Source of the DNA: Nemertoderma westbladi
Taxonomy: Eukaryota > Animalia > Xenacoelomorpha
Direction of reading: 5' to 3'
Assembly: GCA_032718475.1 (NCBI GenBank)
Contig: JAUCBJ010006803.1
Span: 1 to 64,000, forward strand
Length of the DNA: 64,000 bases
In this document: piece after piece, positions 48,529 through 61,408 of the stretch
Layout of the letters: each line of letters opens with the position of its first letter
Numbering within the stretch: position 1 is the stretch's first letter
The notes under the pieces: generated by a model
What the model was told of the DNA's origin: nothing
The model's database searches: none
What the model saw: the letters and a program-made list of their open reading frames with translations, nothing else
Program-made: the position numbers and the translations under genes

Positions 48529-49176
48529 AGATTCTTGAGATATGGAGTATTAACTTCAAACTGTCAAAGCCAGCTGCCATTATCAGATTATATTAGCCCC
48601 TGACAGCCTGATTTTTGATTATTGATAGTAACAATGTGTTGGCAAGCTGCAGAGCTGTAGTTTTCGAGGTGTTTGTTATTATACATTTATAATGTATATA
48701 ATACATCTTAATATATAATGCAGCTTGCCAACACATTGTATACTACACTGGTATACAATACACGTTTTGTATGCGTTTCTCGCTAGTTTGTACTATTTTT
48801 GCACTCTTTTGTACTATTTTTCACTTTATTGTACTCTTTGGTAGGCCTACTCTTTCTGTCTTTTGTACTATATCTGTATACAGGTATAGGCCTTTTGTAC
48901 TATTTTGTCAGTCGTCGTCGGACCGGGCTGGCTGGAGGGACAAACTACAAACACGACATTCTCTAAAAGATTTCCGGTTGAAAAATCTGACCACCTACAA
49001 ACTGCAGAACTGAATTTAATTATTTATTTTAGGCCTATTAAATGTATTTATTAGGCCTATCCTGCTATCTGATTATTTTATTTAGTAATTATGCCTACTG
49101 AATTGAATTAGGCTCAGAAGAGTCAGAGAGTACCTACTGGAGTATAACTATTCTGCTATTGAATAATTAAATTAGT

Positions 49177-52142
49177 ATGGAAAATCCACTATTGCAGCAT
49201 CGAACGCAGTTGACGGGTCGTTTAACTTCTCCAAACCTAACCAACAACTTATGTCAGCTTGGTCTACTCACTGGGGCCGTCAATTATTCTAGAGAAAAAA
49301 TGCCAACGAAAGGCGCACTCGGCTTGTCTTCTCAATCAATGTCACTTCGAACGCCGCTACCGCTATCTAATATGAGAGCAACGTCATCGTTGGTTAACAC
49401 TCAACTACAACAAAGTCATGTAAAGTCGGGAAAAAACTATTTGTCATCATCACTTATTCTGCAATCCAATTCCCCTAAGACAACTATTTCCTCTAATAAG
49501 GCGATTTCTATTATAAACACTAAAACATTTTATCTAACGAATTATCAACTGTCGTCACAGAATCCACTGCTGTTGGCACCAAGACTTTCCAAACTTCCAC
49601 AGAAACGTAAAACACCAAGTACCGGTACCGGTACCTTAATAGATCCCTTGACAGCTGGTAGTCTGGAGCTAGGATTACGCAGTCATGGCAACCAACTCCG
49701 GCCGACACTATTGAAACTAGACGGCGGGACCCCTTCTCTGTCGAGGCAGAGATCTCAGGATAGTTGTCAGTCTCTAGACACCCAGACCTCGTCCGTGTCG
49801 CCCCAGTTTCCCGACTACCAGACCATCTCCTTGGCTGGGTCATCTGAATCAAACGCACAGAGTTTGTTCGTTAGTCCCCCAAATCAGATAGAAGATGAAA
49901 TCCCTTGTAAAAGACAAAAACACGAAGATTCGGATGAAGTCGACGTTCTTAAGAAATCCTTTATAAACGGAATTGCGAGCAGTTTGGTTAGCTCTCCGGA
50001 TTACCGAGACAGAAACGACGCAACTCGTAACCGAATAGCCTCGCTGGTCTCTGACGTTGTCGCAGCTGGCGACCCGGAATTCGTCCTGAAGGTCGCTCTT
50101 TATTCCAGACTAGAACTCAACATCCGAACCCCTTCCAATTACCTCGTCGCTTTGGCATCGTTTCATCCGGCTTGTCGACCGTTTCTCAAGCGCTATTTCT
50201 CTAAGATTGTTGTTATTCCGAACGATTGGATCGAAGTCGCAGAAATCTACACGACTTTTTCTGACGGAAGTTTATTGGATGGACACGTTCCAGCCGCGTT
50301 GCGGAAGGTAATGTCTGCGAGGTTTATTGGGTTCGACGAATACCTTCTCGGTAAATATAACAAAGAGAAATCAAAGTTGAAACTCAACAGAGCCAAACTT
50401 TTAAGTAACAAATCGAGAATTCCCAGTAAAACAGTTCCGGAAGTGGGAATAGCGAGACGGCAGTTAACATCAGCTTGGAGAAAAAATAAAAAAGGAAAGG
50501 AAACTGAGTTATCGAGAGACGAAGTTGTTGAGGAACAAAAGAATTCCACTGGAGTTCATTTTACATTGAAACAACTGATAAGGAAACTACATATAACCGA
50601 GCCGGTTTACCATGTGATGTGCATTCTGGGGAAGAAATACCCTGGAAATATGGAGGAATACTACAGGAGTAAACTCCCTGGTGAGTTCGATTCCAGTCGT
50701 GCTGGTATCCGGATGAAGTTGAAAACCCCGGAGACCTGGGAGACCCAGGTGTCTATGAAGGGGAATAAAGCAGAGGTCTGGGAGTCTCTGTTGGACAACA
50801 AGAAGCTCCCGTTCATGGCGATGCTGCGTAATCTACGCAACCTAATTCGCGCTGGAATCAGCGAGAAACACCACGCGATGGTGCTGAAACGCTTACAGGA
50901 TAAATGGCAGGTGACTCGCTCCAAACAGTTCCCCTTTAGATTCTTCTCTGCTTATGAAGCTCTTAATGGCCTCGTTAAAGAGTTTGAGAAGACCGTCCTG
51001 CTTGCTGTAGAAAATGCGGAAAAGTCGTTTACTAGTAAAGGGATGTTTAATAATAAAGCTAAAATGATAAAGAGTTTGAAACAAAAGGGAAAATACGCAA
51101 TGGCTAAACGATTAAAGAAGAAAGGCCAGGCCAAACCGACTAAAGTCTGTCTGTTCGATAAGTCAGTTATCGAGCGGTATAAGAAAGCTTTGGATCAGTC
51201 GGTTAAGATAGCGACGGTTCACAATGTAACTCCTATCGCGGGTTGTACCATAATCTTGTGTGAGGTTAGTTCGGCTATGGATCTCCCCTGCACCGCGGCC
51301 CGGGGTCTAGGGAAGCCCAGGTCGCTGTTGGAGGTCGGCCTACTACTCGGGCTGATGTGCAAATACTGCTGCGAGGACTCCACCTTCTTTATCTACACCG
51401 AGGCTGAGAGTAAAGTAGTCGAGTTAGAGAAAGGCACTATTCTCGACGTGCTGGACAGTGTGCTGAAACTCGCGACAATAATGAAGGGTAAGTTAACGAA
51501 CTGGAAGTCAGATGCGGGACATTCGCCTTGGACGTCTCTTATGGACATGGTCCATGATAGAAGTCAGCTGGACAACCTGATTACCATCGGAACTTCAACC
51601 GAACATATTAGAAATCTCGCGGGTAATTTTACTAGGAAGTATCGCCAACAAGTCAATAAAAACCTCTTGTATGTCAACGTTGATCTTTTAGCCAATACGA
51701 ACGTCACTGACACCCCATTGGCTCATCCCAACGATGTTTTGCTAACTGGATATTCCGACCAAATCCTAAAGTTTATAGCCGAACGTGGGAACAAAGGCCA
51801 ACTGAACCATGTAAACAACATTGACAAAGTCTACCAACTGGACACCATCGATGTGACCCCGGTTACCAATCCTGGGATCGAGACCAAAGCTAAAGTTCCC
51901 GCAGTGGTACCCGTTCATCGTCCCACAGCCCAATGGCGGACCGTTAGAGTATTTATAAGTTCCACGTTCCGCGATATGTTTGGGGAACGCGATATGCTGT
52001 CACGGTACGTGTTCCCGGAACTGCGACGGCACTTCAACCCGTTATTTATCAATGTTTTCGAGGTTGATCTCCGCTGGGGAATCACTGAGGATGATTTCAA
52101 ACACAGTAAATCTGTGGGATTGTGTTTGGAAGAAGTTATCAG
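49177..52142 (+). CDS. TEP1: Telomerase/vault protein component 1, large 5' exon (TROVE, vWA, start of DUF4062)
   Basis: DPEFVLKVALYSRLELNIR, FDEYLLGKYN, TLKQLIRKLHI, PETWETQVS, KLPFMAMLRNLRNL, SKQFPFRFFSAY and VRVFISSTFRDMFGERD. Phase-2 donor after 52142. Confidence 0.92.
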
Positions 52143-53004
52143 GTGGGGTTTACGTCTAATCTAACATTGTAGATTGATTTGTTTTATATATATATTTAAA
52201 GCTTTAGTTACAATTCACGAACGCTTTTCGTAATAAATAAAATTAAAATAATTAATAACTAACTATATTATATTATATACATTATATTTGTAATAAATTA
52301 AGTAATAAATCAAATTTGTATAATTTTATTGAAATTATTTTCAACTCTATTGACTCCTGACTGACATAGACTTCCTTGAACTTGAACTAGAACTTGAAAT
52401 TTATTTGCCATATAGATATATTAATTGCCGTAATTTTACCGAAATCATGGAGTGAGTGTGTGAGAGTATGATATGTCTATGATGGTCTGGATGGCAGCTA
52501 ATAGCATTGCTAGTAAGCGTTACCACCCAGAAAGTGAGAAAATGCATGATGCTGAATATGTGTAAAGAAGTAATGAGGGGTGGGTGGAGGGGGAGCTTCC
52601 TTATCAAGCTCCAGCTTCTCTGTCGGATTTCATTAATATTAATTCACACACTTCAAGGTCTCAATAGTTTTGATGTTAACTGGTATTGAGTCACTACCAG
52701 TTAACATTAATCAAGTCTGTTTGTGAATATAACTCTTATGGTGATTGAAGTTTCTCGTACGCAACACCTGTTATATTCAATCGGTTACCTACCAGCCAGA
52801 ATCCAGTCTAGTATTATTACAAGAAGACACTAAAATCTGAATATTTCAACGTTTCTTTTGGACATTATTATAGATCTAAGTTTATTTAATTTCACTAATT
52901 TGGTTTGTATTTTTTACGCGCTTTAGACCTGCACTTATAGCAGATTAAGCGAGAAATAAGTTCTAGAATATCATATCCACAGGTGCGACTACTTTAATCC
53001 ACAG

Positions 53005-53184
53005 GTGCGACTACTTTATCGGTCTCCTAGGGGAGCGCTATGGGTGGGTACCTGACCCGTCTGCAATACCTAAAGAACCCCAGTTCGATTGGTTGAATGA
53101 GTGCCGTTCCGATATCAGTATAACTGACATGGAAATGCGTCAAGGATTGAAAAAAAACCCTGGAAAATCCTTATATTATCTGAG
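53005..53184 (+). CDS. TEP1: TEP1 internal exon (DUF4062)
   Basis: cag|G TGC gives RCDYFIGLLGERYGWVP...SITDMEM, in phase with the previous exon. GT donor at 53185. Confidence 0.85.
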
Positions 53185-53636
53185 GTACTGAAGTTTTTTA
53201 TACCTGAGTTTTATGCGCTGCTTGACTTTAGCCAATCTATATTAAAGACCTTAACTAGACCTCTGGTACAGGTTCCAGTGCCTATTCTTTTGTACGTAAC
53301 GTAACGTACCGTAATGTCACATACATATAATAATAGGTATTATTACTATTTATGTCCAAATGTATAATAAATTAAGTTTGTTTAATGAATAATAATGGTT
53401 AATGTAATATAATAGTCGTTCCGACTATTATATTACTATTACGTTATTCCTACTAATTTAGTACATGTTGTTCAAAACTAGAAGCTAATAGTGTCTCTAC
53501 CGACTACAGGATCAACTATGTAGGCCTACTACAGTAACTCACTGAATATGTCCAGTTGTAGTAGAAGAACATCTGCCACCGGGAGTGCTGGTCCAGTTCT
53601 ATTTAATTTAATTATTCACATATTTTACCCATTTAG

Positions 53637-53833
53637 GGATAAACTGAAAGTACTTAAAGTCCTGCCGCAGAAGTGGGTCTCGGTATTCTTTCCTGACTCC
53701 CCTGGCCAGGTCCTCCGGTTGGATGAACTTAAACAACTCGTAAAGGAGTCGAGGAAATACTTACCTGGTTACCATAGCAACTGGGTAGGAGAGATTAATG
53801 GGAAACCGGTGCTCGGTGGAATCCACCAGCTAG
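53637..53833 (+). CDS. TEP1: TEP1 internal exon
   Basis: tttag|G GAT gives RD...YHSNWVGEINGKPVLGGIHQLG, resembling the TEP1 Y...WGG...G.P.VGGL..FG motif. GTGAGT donor at 53834. Confidence 0.82.
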
Positions 53834-53839
53834 GTGAGT

Positions 53840-56800
53840 TGGAATGTGAATCGCTGTGGTTCAAGTAGCGGTGTATAATTCGAATATGTAAGGGAAAGGC
53901 ATGGGCAGCCTTGAATAGGCTTTCCAGGATTTGGAAGTCACCGAGAATTAATCGGAAACTAAAGGTCCGATTATTTAGAGCAGCAGTAGTTCCAGTACTC
54001 CTCTATGGGAGTCCCAGTCCATGCTGGGCTCTAACTGCTGAGGACACCAAATCTCTGGATGGCACATTCACAAGAATGCTACGCCGGGTTTATTGTGTCA
54101 AGTACAATACACACATCTCCAACCAGACACTATATAACATTGGAGGTGTCTCATTGGTTCCCCCAAGCTTGACACTATAACAAAATCGCCTCCGCTTTGC
54201 AGGACATTGCTTTCGCCGTGAGGACCAGCCAGTGCATAATCTTGTACTTTGGCAGCCTCATGGAGTGAATAAGCATGGTGGACAGCCCATGACTTTCTTC
54301 AGACGCATCTTAAAGGACACTGGCCTTAAAGATGCGGATGATCTAGCAAATGTCATGGGTGATAGGGAGTTGTGGCGGTGCAATTTTGTCGACAAGTCGG
54401 CACAGCATTCTTAAAAATGCAGCTGCAATGCAGCATGCCGATACTAGTAGTAGAATCAGTGTGGTTCAAGTAACGGTGTGTTCGGTGGAATGTGAATCAC
54501 TGTGGTTCAAGTATCGGTGTGTTCGGTGGAATGTGAATCACTGTGGTTCAAGTAGCGGTGTGTTCGGTGGATGTGAATCACTGTGGTTCAAGTAGCGGTG
54601 CGTTCGGTGAAATGTGAATCACTGTGGTTCAAGTATCGGTGTGTTCGGTGGAATGTGAATCACTGTGGTTCAAGTATCGGTGTGTTCGGTGGAATGTGAA
54701 TCACTGTGGTTCAAGTATCGGTGTGTTCGGTGGAATGTGAATCACTGTGGTTCAAGTATCGGTGTGTTCGGTGGAATGTGAATCACTGTGGTTCAAGTAT
54801 CGGTGTGTTCGGTGGAATGTGAATCACTGTGGTTCAAGTAGCGGTGTGTTCGATGGAATGTGAATCACTGTGGTTCAAGTATCGGTGTGTTCGGTGGAAT
54901 GTGAATCAGTGTGGTTCAAGTAGCGGTGTGTTCGGTGGAATGTGAATCACTGTGGTTCAAGTAGCGGTGTGTTCGGTGGAATGTGAATCAGTGTGGTTCA
55001 AGTAGCGGTGTGTTCGGTGGAATGTGAATCACTGTGGTTCAAGTAGCGGTGTGTTCGGTGGAATGTGAATCAGTGTGGTTCAAGTAGCGGTGTGTTACTG
55101 TGTTCGGTGGAATGTGAATCACTGTGGTTCAATTAGCGGTGTGTTAGGTGGAATGTGAATCAGTGTGGTTCAAGTAGCGGTGTGTTCGGTGGAATGTGAA
55201 TCAGTGTGGTTCAAGTAGCGGTGTGTTCGGTTGAATGTGAATCACTGTGGTTCAAGTAGCGGTGTGTTCGGTGGAATGTGAATCAGTGTGGTTCAAGTAT
55301 CGGTGTGTTCGATGGAATGTGAATCACTGTGGTTCAAGTAGCGGTGTGTTCGGTGGAATGTGAATCAGTGTGGTTCAATTAGCGGTGTGTTCGGTGGAAT
55401 GTGAATCAGTGTGGTTCAAGTAGCGGTGTGTTCGGTGGAATGTGAATCAGTGTGGTTCAAGTAGCGGTGTGTTCGGTGGAATGTGAATCAGTGTGGTTCA
55501 AGTAGCGGTGTGTTCGGTTGAATGTGAATCACTGTGGTTCAAGTAGCGGTGTGTTCGGTGGAATGTGAATCAGTGTGGTTCAAGTAGCGGTGTGTTCGGT
55601 GGAATGTGAATCACTGTGGTTCAATTAGCGGTGTGTTACTGTGTTCGATGGAATGTGAATCACTGGTTCAAGTAGCGGTGTGTTCGGTGGAATGTGAATC
55701 ACTGTGGTTCAATTAGCGGTGTGTTCGGTGGTATGTGAATCACTGTGGTTCAGGTAGCGGTGTGTTCGGTGGAATGTGAATCACTGCGGTTCAAGTAGCG
55801 GTGTGTTCGGTGGAATGTGAATCACTTTGGTTCAAGTAGCGGTGTGTTCGGTGGAATGTGAATCAGTGTGGTTCAAGTAGCGGTGTGTTCGGTGGAATGT
55901 GAATCACTGTGGTTCAAGTAGCGGTGTGTTCGGTAGAATGTGAATCACTGTGGTTCAAGTAACGGTGTGTTACTGTGTTGGGTGGAATGTGAATCACTGT
56001 GGTTCAAGTAGCGGTGTGTTCGGTGGAATGTGAATCACTGTGGTTCAATTAGCGGTGTGTTCGGTGGTATGTGAATCAGTGTGGTTCAAGTAGCGGTGTG
56101 TTACTGTGTTCGGTGGAATGTGAATCACTGGTTCAATTAGCGGTGTGTTCGGTGGTATGTGAATCAGTGTGGTTCAAGTAGCGGTGTGTTACTGTGTTCG
56201 GTGGAATGTGAATCACTGTGGTTCAAGTAGTGGTGTGTTCGGTGGAATGTGAATCAGTGTGGTTCAAGTAGCGGTATGTTCGGTGGAATGTGAATCAGTG
56301 TGGTTCAAGTAGCGGTGTGTTCTGTGGAATGTGAATCACTGTGGTTCAAGTAGCGGTGTGTTCGGTGGAATGTGAATCAGTGTGGTTCAAGTAGCGGTGT
56401 GTTCGGTGGAATGTGAATCACTGTGGTTCAAGTGGCGGTGTGTTCGGTGGAATGTGAATCAGTGTTGTTCAAGTAGCGGTGTGTTCGGTGGAATGTGAAT
56501 CACTGTGGTTCAAGTAGCGGTGTGTTCGTTGGAATGTGAATCACTGTGGTTCAAGTAGCGGTGTGTTCGGTGGAATGTGAATCACTGTGGTTCAATTAGC
56601 GGTGTGTTCGGTGGTATGTGAATCAGTGTGGTTCAAGTAGCGGTGTGTTACTGTGTTCGGTGGAATGTGAATCACTGTGGTTCAAGTGGCGGTGTGTTCG
56701 ATGGAATGTGAATCACTGTGGTTCAAGTAACGGTGTGTTGGATGGAATGTGAATCACTGTGGTTCAAGTAACGGTGTGTTGGATGGAATGTGAATCAGTG

Positions 56801-56846
56801 TGGTTCAAGTAACGGTGTGTTGGATGGAATGTGAATCACTGTGGTT
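53840..56846 (+). repeat. 41-bp minisatellite (~58 copies) in TEP1 intron, first unit separated by the LINE
   Basis: Unit GTGGAATGTGAATCACTGTGGTTCAAGTAGCGGTGTGTTCG, period 41 (e.g. 54661, 54702). Point variants only. Confidence 0.95.
53875..54453 (+). mobile_element. RTE-clade LINE 3' fragment, same family as 13012-13637
   Basis: Near-identical translation NRLSRIWKSPRINRKLKVRLF..., in-frame stop, TAG-repeat tail. Confidence 0.9.
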
Positions 56847-57109
56847 TTTAACTAGCGGGTTATTATCTGGGTTATTATTATCCAATCCTCCAAAGGTTAC
56901 AAATCACCGTGTTCAGGTCTCTTATTGTCTCTTATGTTCATGGTCTCTCCTACACAGGTTGGCATTGTATATAAATCTGAACGCTGTCGGATGTTTCCCT
57001 CAACCCATCTAAATCGCTTTTGTTTTCAATTATCTATATTTTTAATTGCTATATTTTTTAACTGCTACTGTGGACAACCTTATTTAATATCTGCTTATCA
57101 ACTGTCACT

Positions 57110-59680
57110 TTAGTATCATCTTGTAAAACAAGTATTATGCAAGTATTGTACAAGGATAAAGGTTCGAGATCTGGGGCGGTATTCATAAATGTGACTAACT
57201 AGGAACTTAGTCCTAGTCACATCAAGTTAGTAAGTGCTTGTACTAATTCGGTATTCAGAGAAGTTGGTGCGACTTATTACTAACGTATTTAGTACTAGTT
57301 GTTGCTAAACTCGTATTCATAGAATTTAGTCTTACTTAAGTTAGTAATAGCTGTAACTTAAATTTCTAGTCACATAACGATCTGACTAAGTTGGTAAGAC
57401 CGCTTACTTATTGTATATTGGCCTTCCTACATACAGTATGGTTATTATGTTACTGACGACTCCGGCCACATTATACTCTCTTGTTTTTCTAGCGTTCTGT
57501 GTTCATTGCAAATGTGTTGTTGCAGAGAAACTGTCAAATGTAACGACATAAAGCTTTTTGTTTTTAAACATGTCCGACTTAAATTTCAGCTTACATTCTT
57601 GAATGGTGAGATTGCTGCCGAACGGTCCGCGTCCGTTGAAAAATGTGTTTCGCTAAATAATTCTACCATTCGCGAACTTTCGCAAGATGAAAAAGCGGTA
57701 GCGTCCATCTTCATTATTTTCCTCTCTATGGTAGCCAATTGATTATCGCCTTACTAAAAATAATAATTTTTCACTAAAATTTTAACAGGAAATCACTATA
57801 AGATTCAGTTTCCACTAAAATCTATTAATTAACATTAAATCTATTAATTATAAATTATTGCTAAAATGTGGGAAAGGGCAGGTTACAGTGCCACGTTATT
57901 CTAACCTAAATAATGAAGGGATTTTATTACAACAGGCCGTAACAGATTTATTTTTGATGAAAATATATTTTAGGGATAATAAAATTGAGTGGAGGAAATA
58001 TATATTTGATAACGAAAAAAATTTACTGGAAAACAGGAATTGTTTTAGTGACCAATAAAATTAATGGGTTTAATGTAGGCTACCAGTACAACTAAAACAG
58101 TAAACATGAGACATGCAGGGCATAGCTACCGTCCTTAAGTTGAATCTGAAAGCTTTTTGATAAACATAAGTTAAAGTACCGGCACTGCTACAAATAGGCT
58201 GGAACTAAGTTTAGTAACAGTTTATGAATACTGATATTTTTTAAGGGCTAGTTGAAACTAAGTTAAGTCAATGCTCTTACTAAAATCAGTTGTTTATAGT
58301 AACAGATAGCTCTCACTAAACATAGTTGCAGCTCTTACTAAAAGCTGCCACTAAGTAGCTGTAACTAATACTAACTCGATGAATACCGCCCCTGATCCCG
58401 ATTGCTATATGGGTCTAATCTGCAATGCATTTAAAATACTAACTAGTCTGGTAGAGAAAGGTATGAGAAAGCTGGTATCACTCTATTTACCACCAGAACA
58501 ATTTGGCTTCATGCCCGGTTTATCTACAGCAATCACACTGGCGCAATTTATTAATCGTATATATGGCAACCTAACGTTGCCTAGACAACCGCTACACGCG
58601 GTTTATACCGGAAAGCGTTCGATAGCGTTCCACGATAGAGACTACTGTTAAAACTTCAGCACATTTTCAAAATCAAAGGCGCGCTACTCCGGATAATCAA
58701 AGCGATTTTAAGTACAAATGACAAACAAATATATGACGGTTTACGTAAGTCTAAAATAATAAAGCAAGTACGTGGCGTCCTCCAGGGGGGACAGTCTGAG
58801 CCCATTATTGTTCATCATGTATGTTTACGACATTATCAACCATATCAAACGCGCAGCTAACTACATTGCAAACATAATCATTTTGTTATTCACAGACGAC
58901 CTATGGTTTTATAGCGACTCTCTAGAGAAGCAATACAGGCTGCACTAAATGCCATAGCATCCTGGGCAGCCGAGAATGGCCTGAAAGTCAACCTTAGTAA
59001 GACCGCAATAATGAAGTCCAGACGCGGTGGTCGTTTGGCTGCGCCTGATAAATTTACATACAATGGCGAATCTGTGAAAATTACAAACTCATACAAGTAT
59101 TTAGGGGTTACTTTTCAGACTACCCTATTGTTTACCACACATATAAATACAGTTCTTCTTACAAAGGCAATCACAGCAATTCACTATATACCGAACCCAA
59201 AATTACTATCAGTAGTACGTACAGCCCTCAAGTTGTTTAAACTGAAAATAATTCCTATCGCTACATACGGTATCAGAGAAATATGACCGCACATGTCCAC
59301 AGCTAATTTTCACACCCTTGATAAGATTAAATCATCATATTTTAAAGAGCGTAATGGGGCTCCACAAGTCTACACAAAATAGACTAGATCTGGCACTAAC
59401 TGTGGAAAATAACATAGTAAGCGACATCGTGGAGCAATTGAACCAACACCCCATACGCCAGCATATCTGCAGTATTTACAGATAGTTAACAACAAAATGG
59501 CAGAAATACAACCTTCTCCGTACAACGTTATACAGCTCTATTGCCTTCAGTGACAGACGATGGACGGGACATAACTACAAAAACCGACATGTAGTCACTA
59601 GATTCGCAGTACACGGCTTCCATTTCCGGATATGTTGCACCAAAGTATTTCAACAACCCGCACACAGCTGTATCCTGTAA
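57110..59680 (+). mobile_element. Degenerate non-LTR retrotransposon RT region
   Basis: LYKDKG..[MITE]..DPDCY, FKILTSL, EQFGF.PG.ST, GVLQG / LSPLLF, FTDDL and YKYLGV fragments across frameshifts. Confidence 0.8.
57174..58391. mobile_element. PIF/Harbinger-type non-autonomous element inserted in the LINE
   Basis: TIR GGGCGGTATTCAT / ATGAATACCGCCC with 3-bp TSD CTG (57171-57173, 58392-58394). Confidence 0.78.
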
Positions 59681-59699
59681 CCTCGAGCCTGTGGACGAC

Positions 59700-60149
59700 T
59701 TCTAGATCCAGAAGTCAGGACCTTCAAATACGTAAGGGAAAGTAGGCAGCCTTGAATAGGCTTTCCAGGATTTGGAAGTCACCGAGAATTAATCGGAAAC
59801 TAAAGGTCCGATTATTTAGAGCAGCAGTAGTTCCAGTACTCCTCTATGGGAGTCCATGCTGGGAGAAATTAAGCATGGTGGACAGCCCATGACTTTCGTC
59901 TTCGTGAGACGCCACCTAAAGCACACGGGCCTTGAAGATGCGAATAATTTCGCGAAAATCATGGGGGATAGGGAGTTGTGGCGGTGCAACTTTATTGATA
60001 ACTTTATTGATAAGCCGACATAGCATTCTTAATGCACACTGCCAATTGTGGATTGCATGGTGGTGACAAAATATTTTTTGTTTAGCCAGCATAGCATTTC
60101 AATGTGCGTGCAGTTTCAATGCAGCAGGCCGATTATAGTAGTAGTAGTA
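59700..60149 (+). mobile_element. Internally deleted RTE LINE fragment (third copy)
   Basis: Matches the RTE copies on both sides of a deletion after CCATGCTGGG and ends in a (TAG)n tail. Confidence 0.8.
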
Positions 60150-61408
60150 TAGTATGACCAGTCACACGCTGAAGCTTTTTGTGGTTTTGTTTTTACTGCA
60201 TTTCCAATTATTTGCAACGTATGTATAATATAAGTACAAAGATAACCGCGGTTGAGTTAAACATTTTCAGAGGAAGCATTTTCAAGATTAAATTAAAATA
60301 TAAATTGTAGAATTGTCGTCATTTAACATCATTATAGAGGTTCTGTCATACGATTTTATTCAACGTCTATTTTTTAAATTTTTTTTTAAATGTTATTTTT
60401 AAAAAGAAGCGCAACACGAAATAATTTGGCATGTATCATTTGCATTATTATAAAATTTAACTAATTATTTAATTAAATACAAAATAACGCATACAGACAG
60501 TTAAAGCACCCAGACCAAAATTGGTAGTCGCAGTCTTTACTAACTAGATGAATTACATAAATTCAATTTGGAAAAATATATAAAATCGACCAATTGTAAG
60601 ATTGGGAATTGCTACATTATTGATAGAATATTAAATACTGTTGGAATACAGTTAGAAATACCGGTAATGAATGGGATTCTTTTAGGTTCGTTAGGCCAAG
60701 GAATGCCTGTTCACCACCATGGGTGATCTTCCACAGTAAACCCTTCCACGATACCGGTAATGGTAAGTGGAAAGTTGTAAGAAAATATATCGTGAATTAT
60801 ATAATCAATAAATCCAAGTGATGTGCGATACTTAATCCATAATCACAATAACAACAACTATTAATTAATTGCTATTATTGGTTGGACAAATGGATGAATA
60901 TAAAAATTAAAAATAATGCACTTACAATTATTATAAATAAATAAGGAAACCGTTTATATGAATTAACCGTCGTAATATGTTTGAATTATAACAGTCTGTC
61001 TGTACGTTATAACCTATTCCAAACTGTAAGATAGAGAGAGAGAGAGAGGTAGGTATTACTGAGTATATCTCGTTAGTAGAATTATCAATTATGGTCGGTT
61101 TTACGGTGAAACATTAGTGAAACTAAAGAACATTAATAATCACAAAGGGGAACGAACCACTATTAATTAGAGACATTTTACCATTAAACAAGTGTTAATT
61201 TAACAATATACTACAGAAATACCGGTACTGTTTGTTTATAATAATTATCCAAAGCCGAACAAGAATATACAATAAATTGTAATAATTATACGAAATGTAA
61301 TTAAATAATATATTCTTTACAATTATTGTAATTCACAGATACCGGTAACTGCAATCGTAAAATACCGAGGTGATTTCCATCAAGCGATGTTTTAATGGGA
61401 TAATAATT

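Larger units (their letters stand above)
47322..48925. mobile_element. Non-autonomous TIR element with long imperfect inverted ends and 8-9 bp TSD
   Basis: GGTCCGACG...AGTACAAAAGAG repeats versus CTCTTTTGTACT...CGTCGGACCG. GGCTGGCTG flanks at 47313-47321 and 48926-48934. Confidence 0.65.

Noticed and set aside
54454-56846. CRISPR-like array
   Set aside because: Contiguous 41-bp units with no unique spacers, no cas genes, and an intronic eukaryotic context.
60686-60762. Possible next TEP1 exon (ttttag...gtaagt)
   Set aside because: In the required phase it hits a stop after ~13 codons and shows no TEP1 similarity; more likely SERINC 3' flank.
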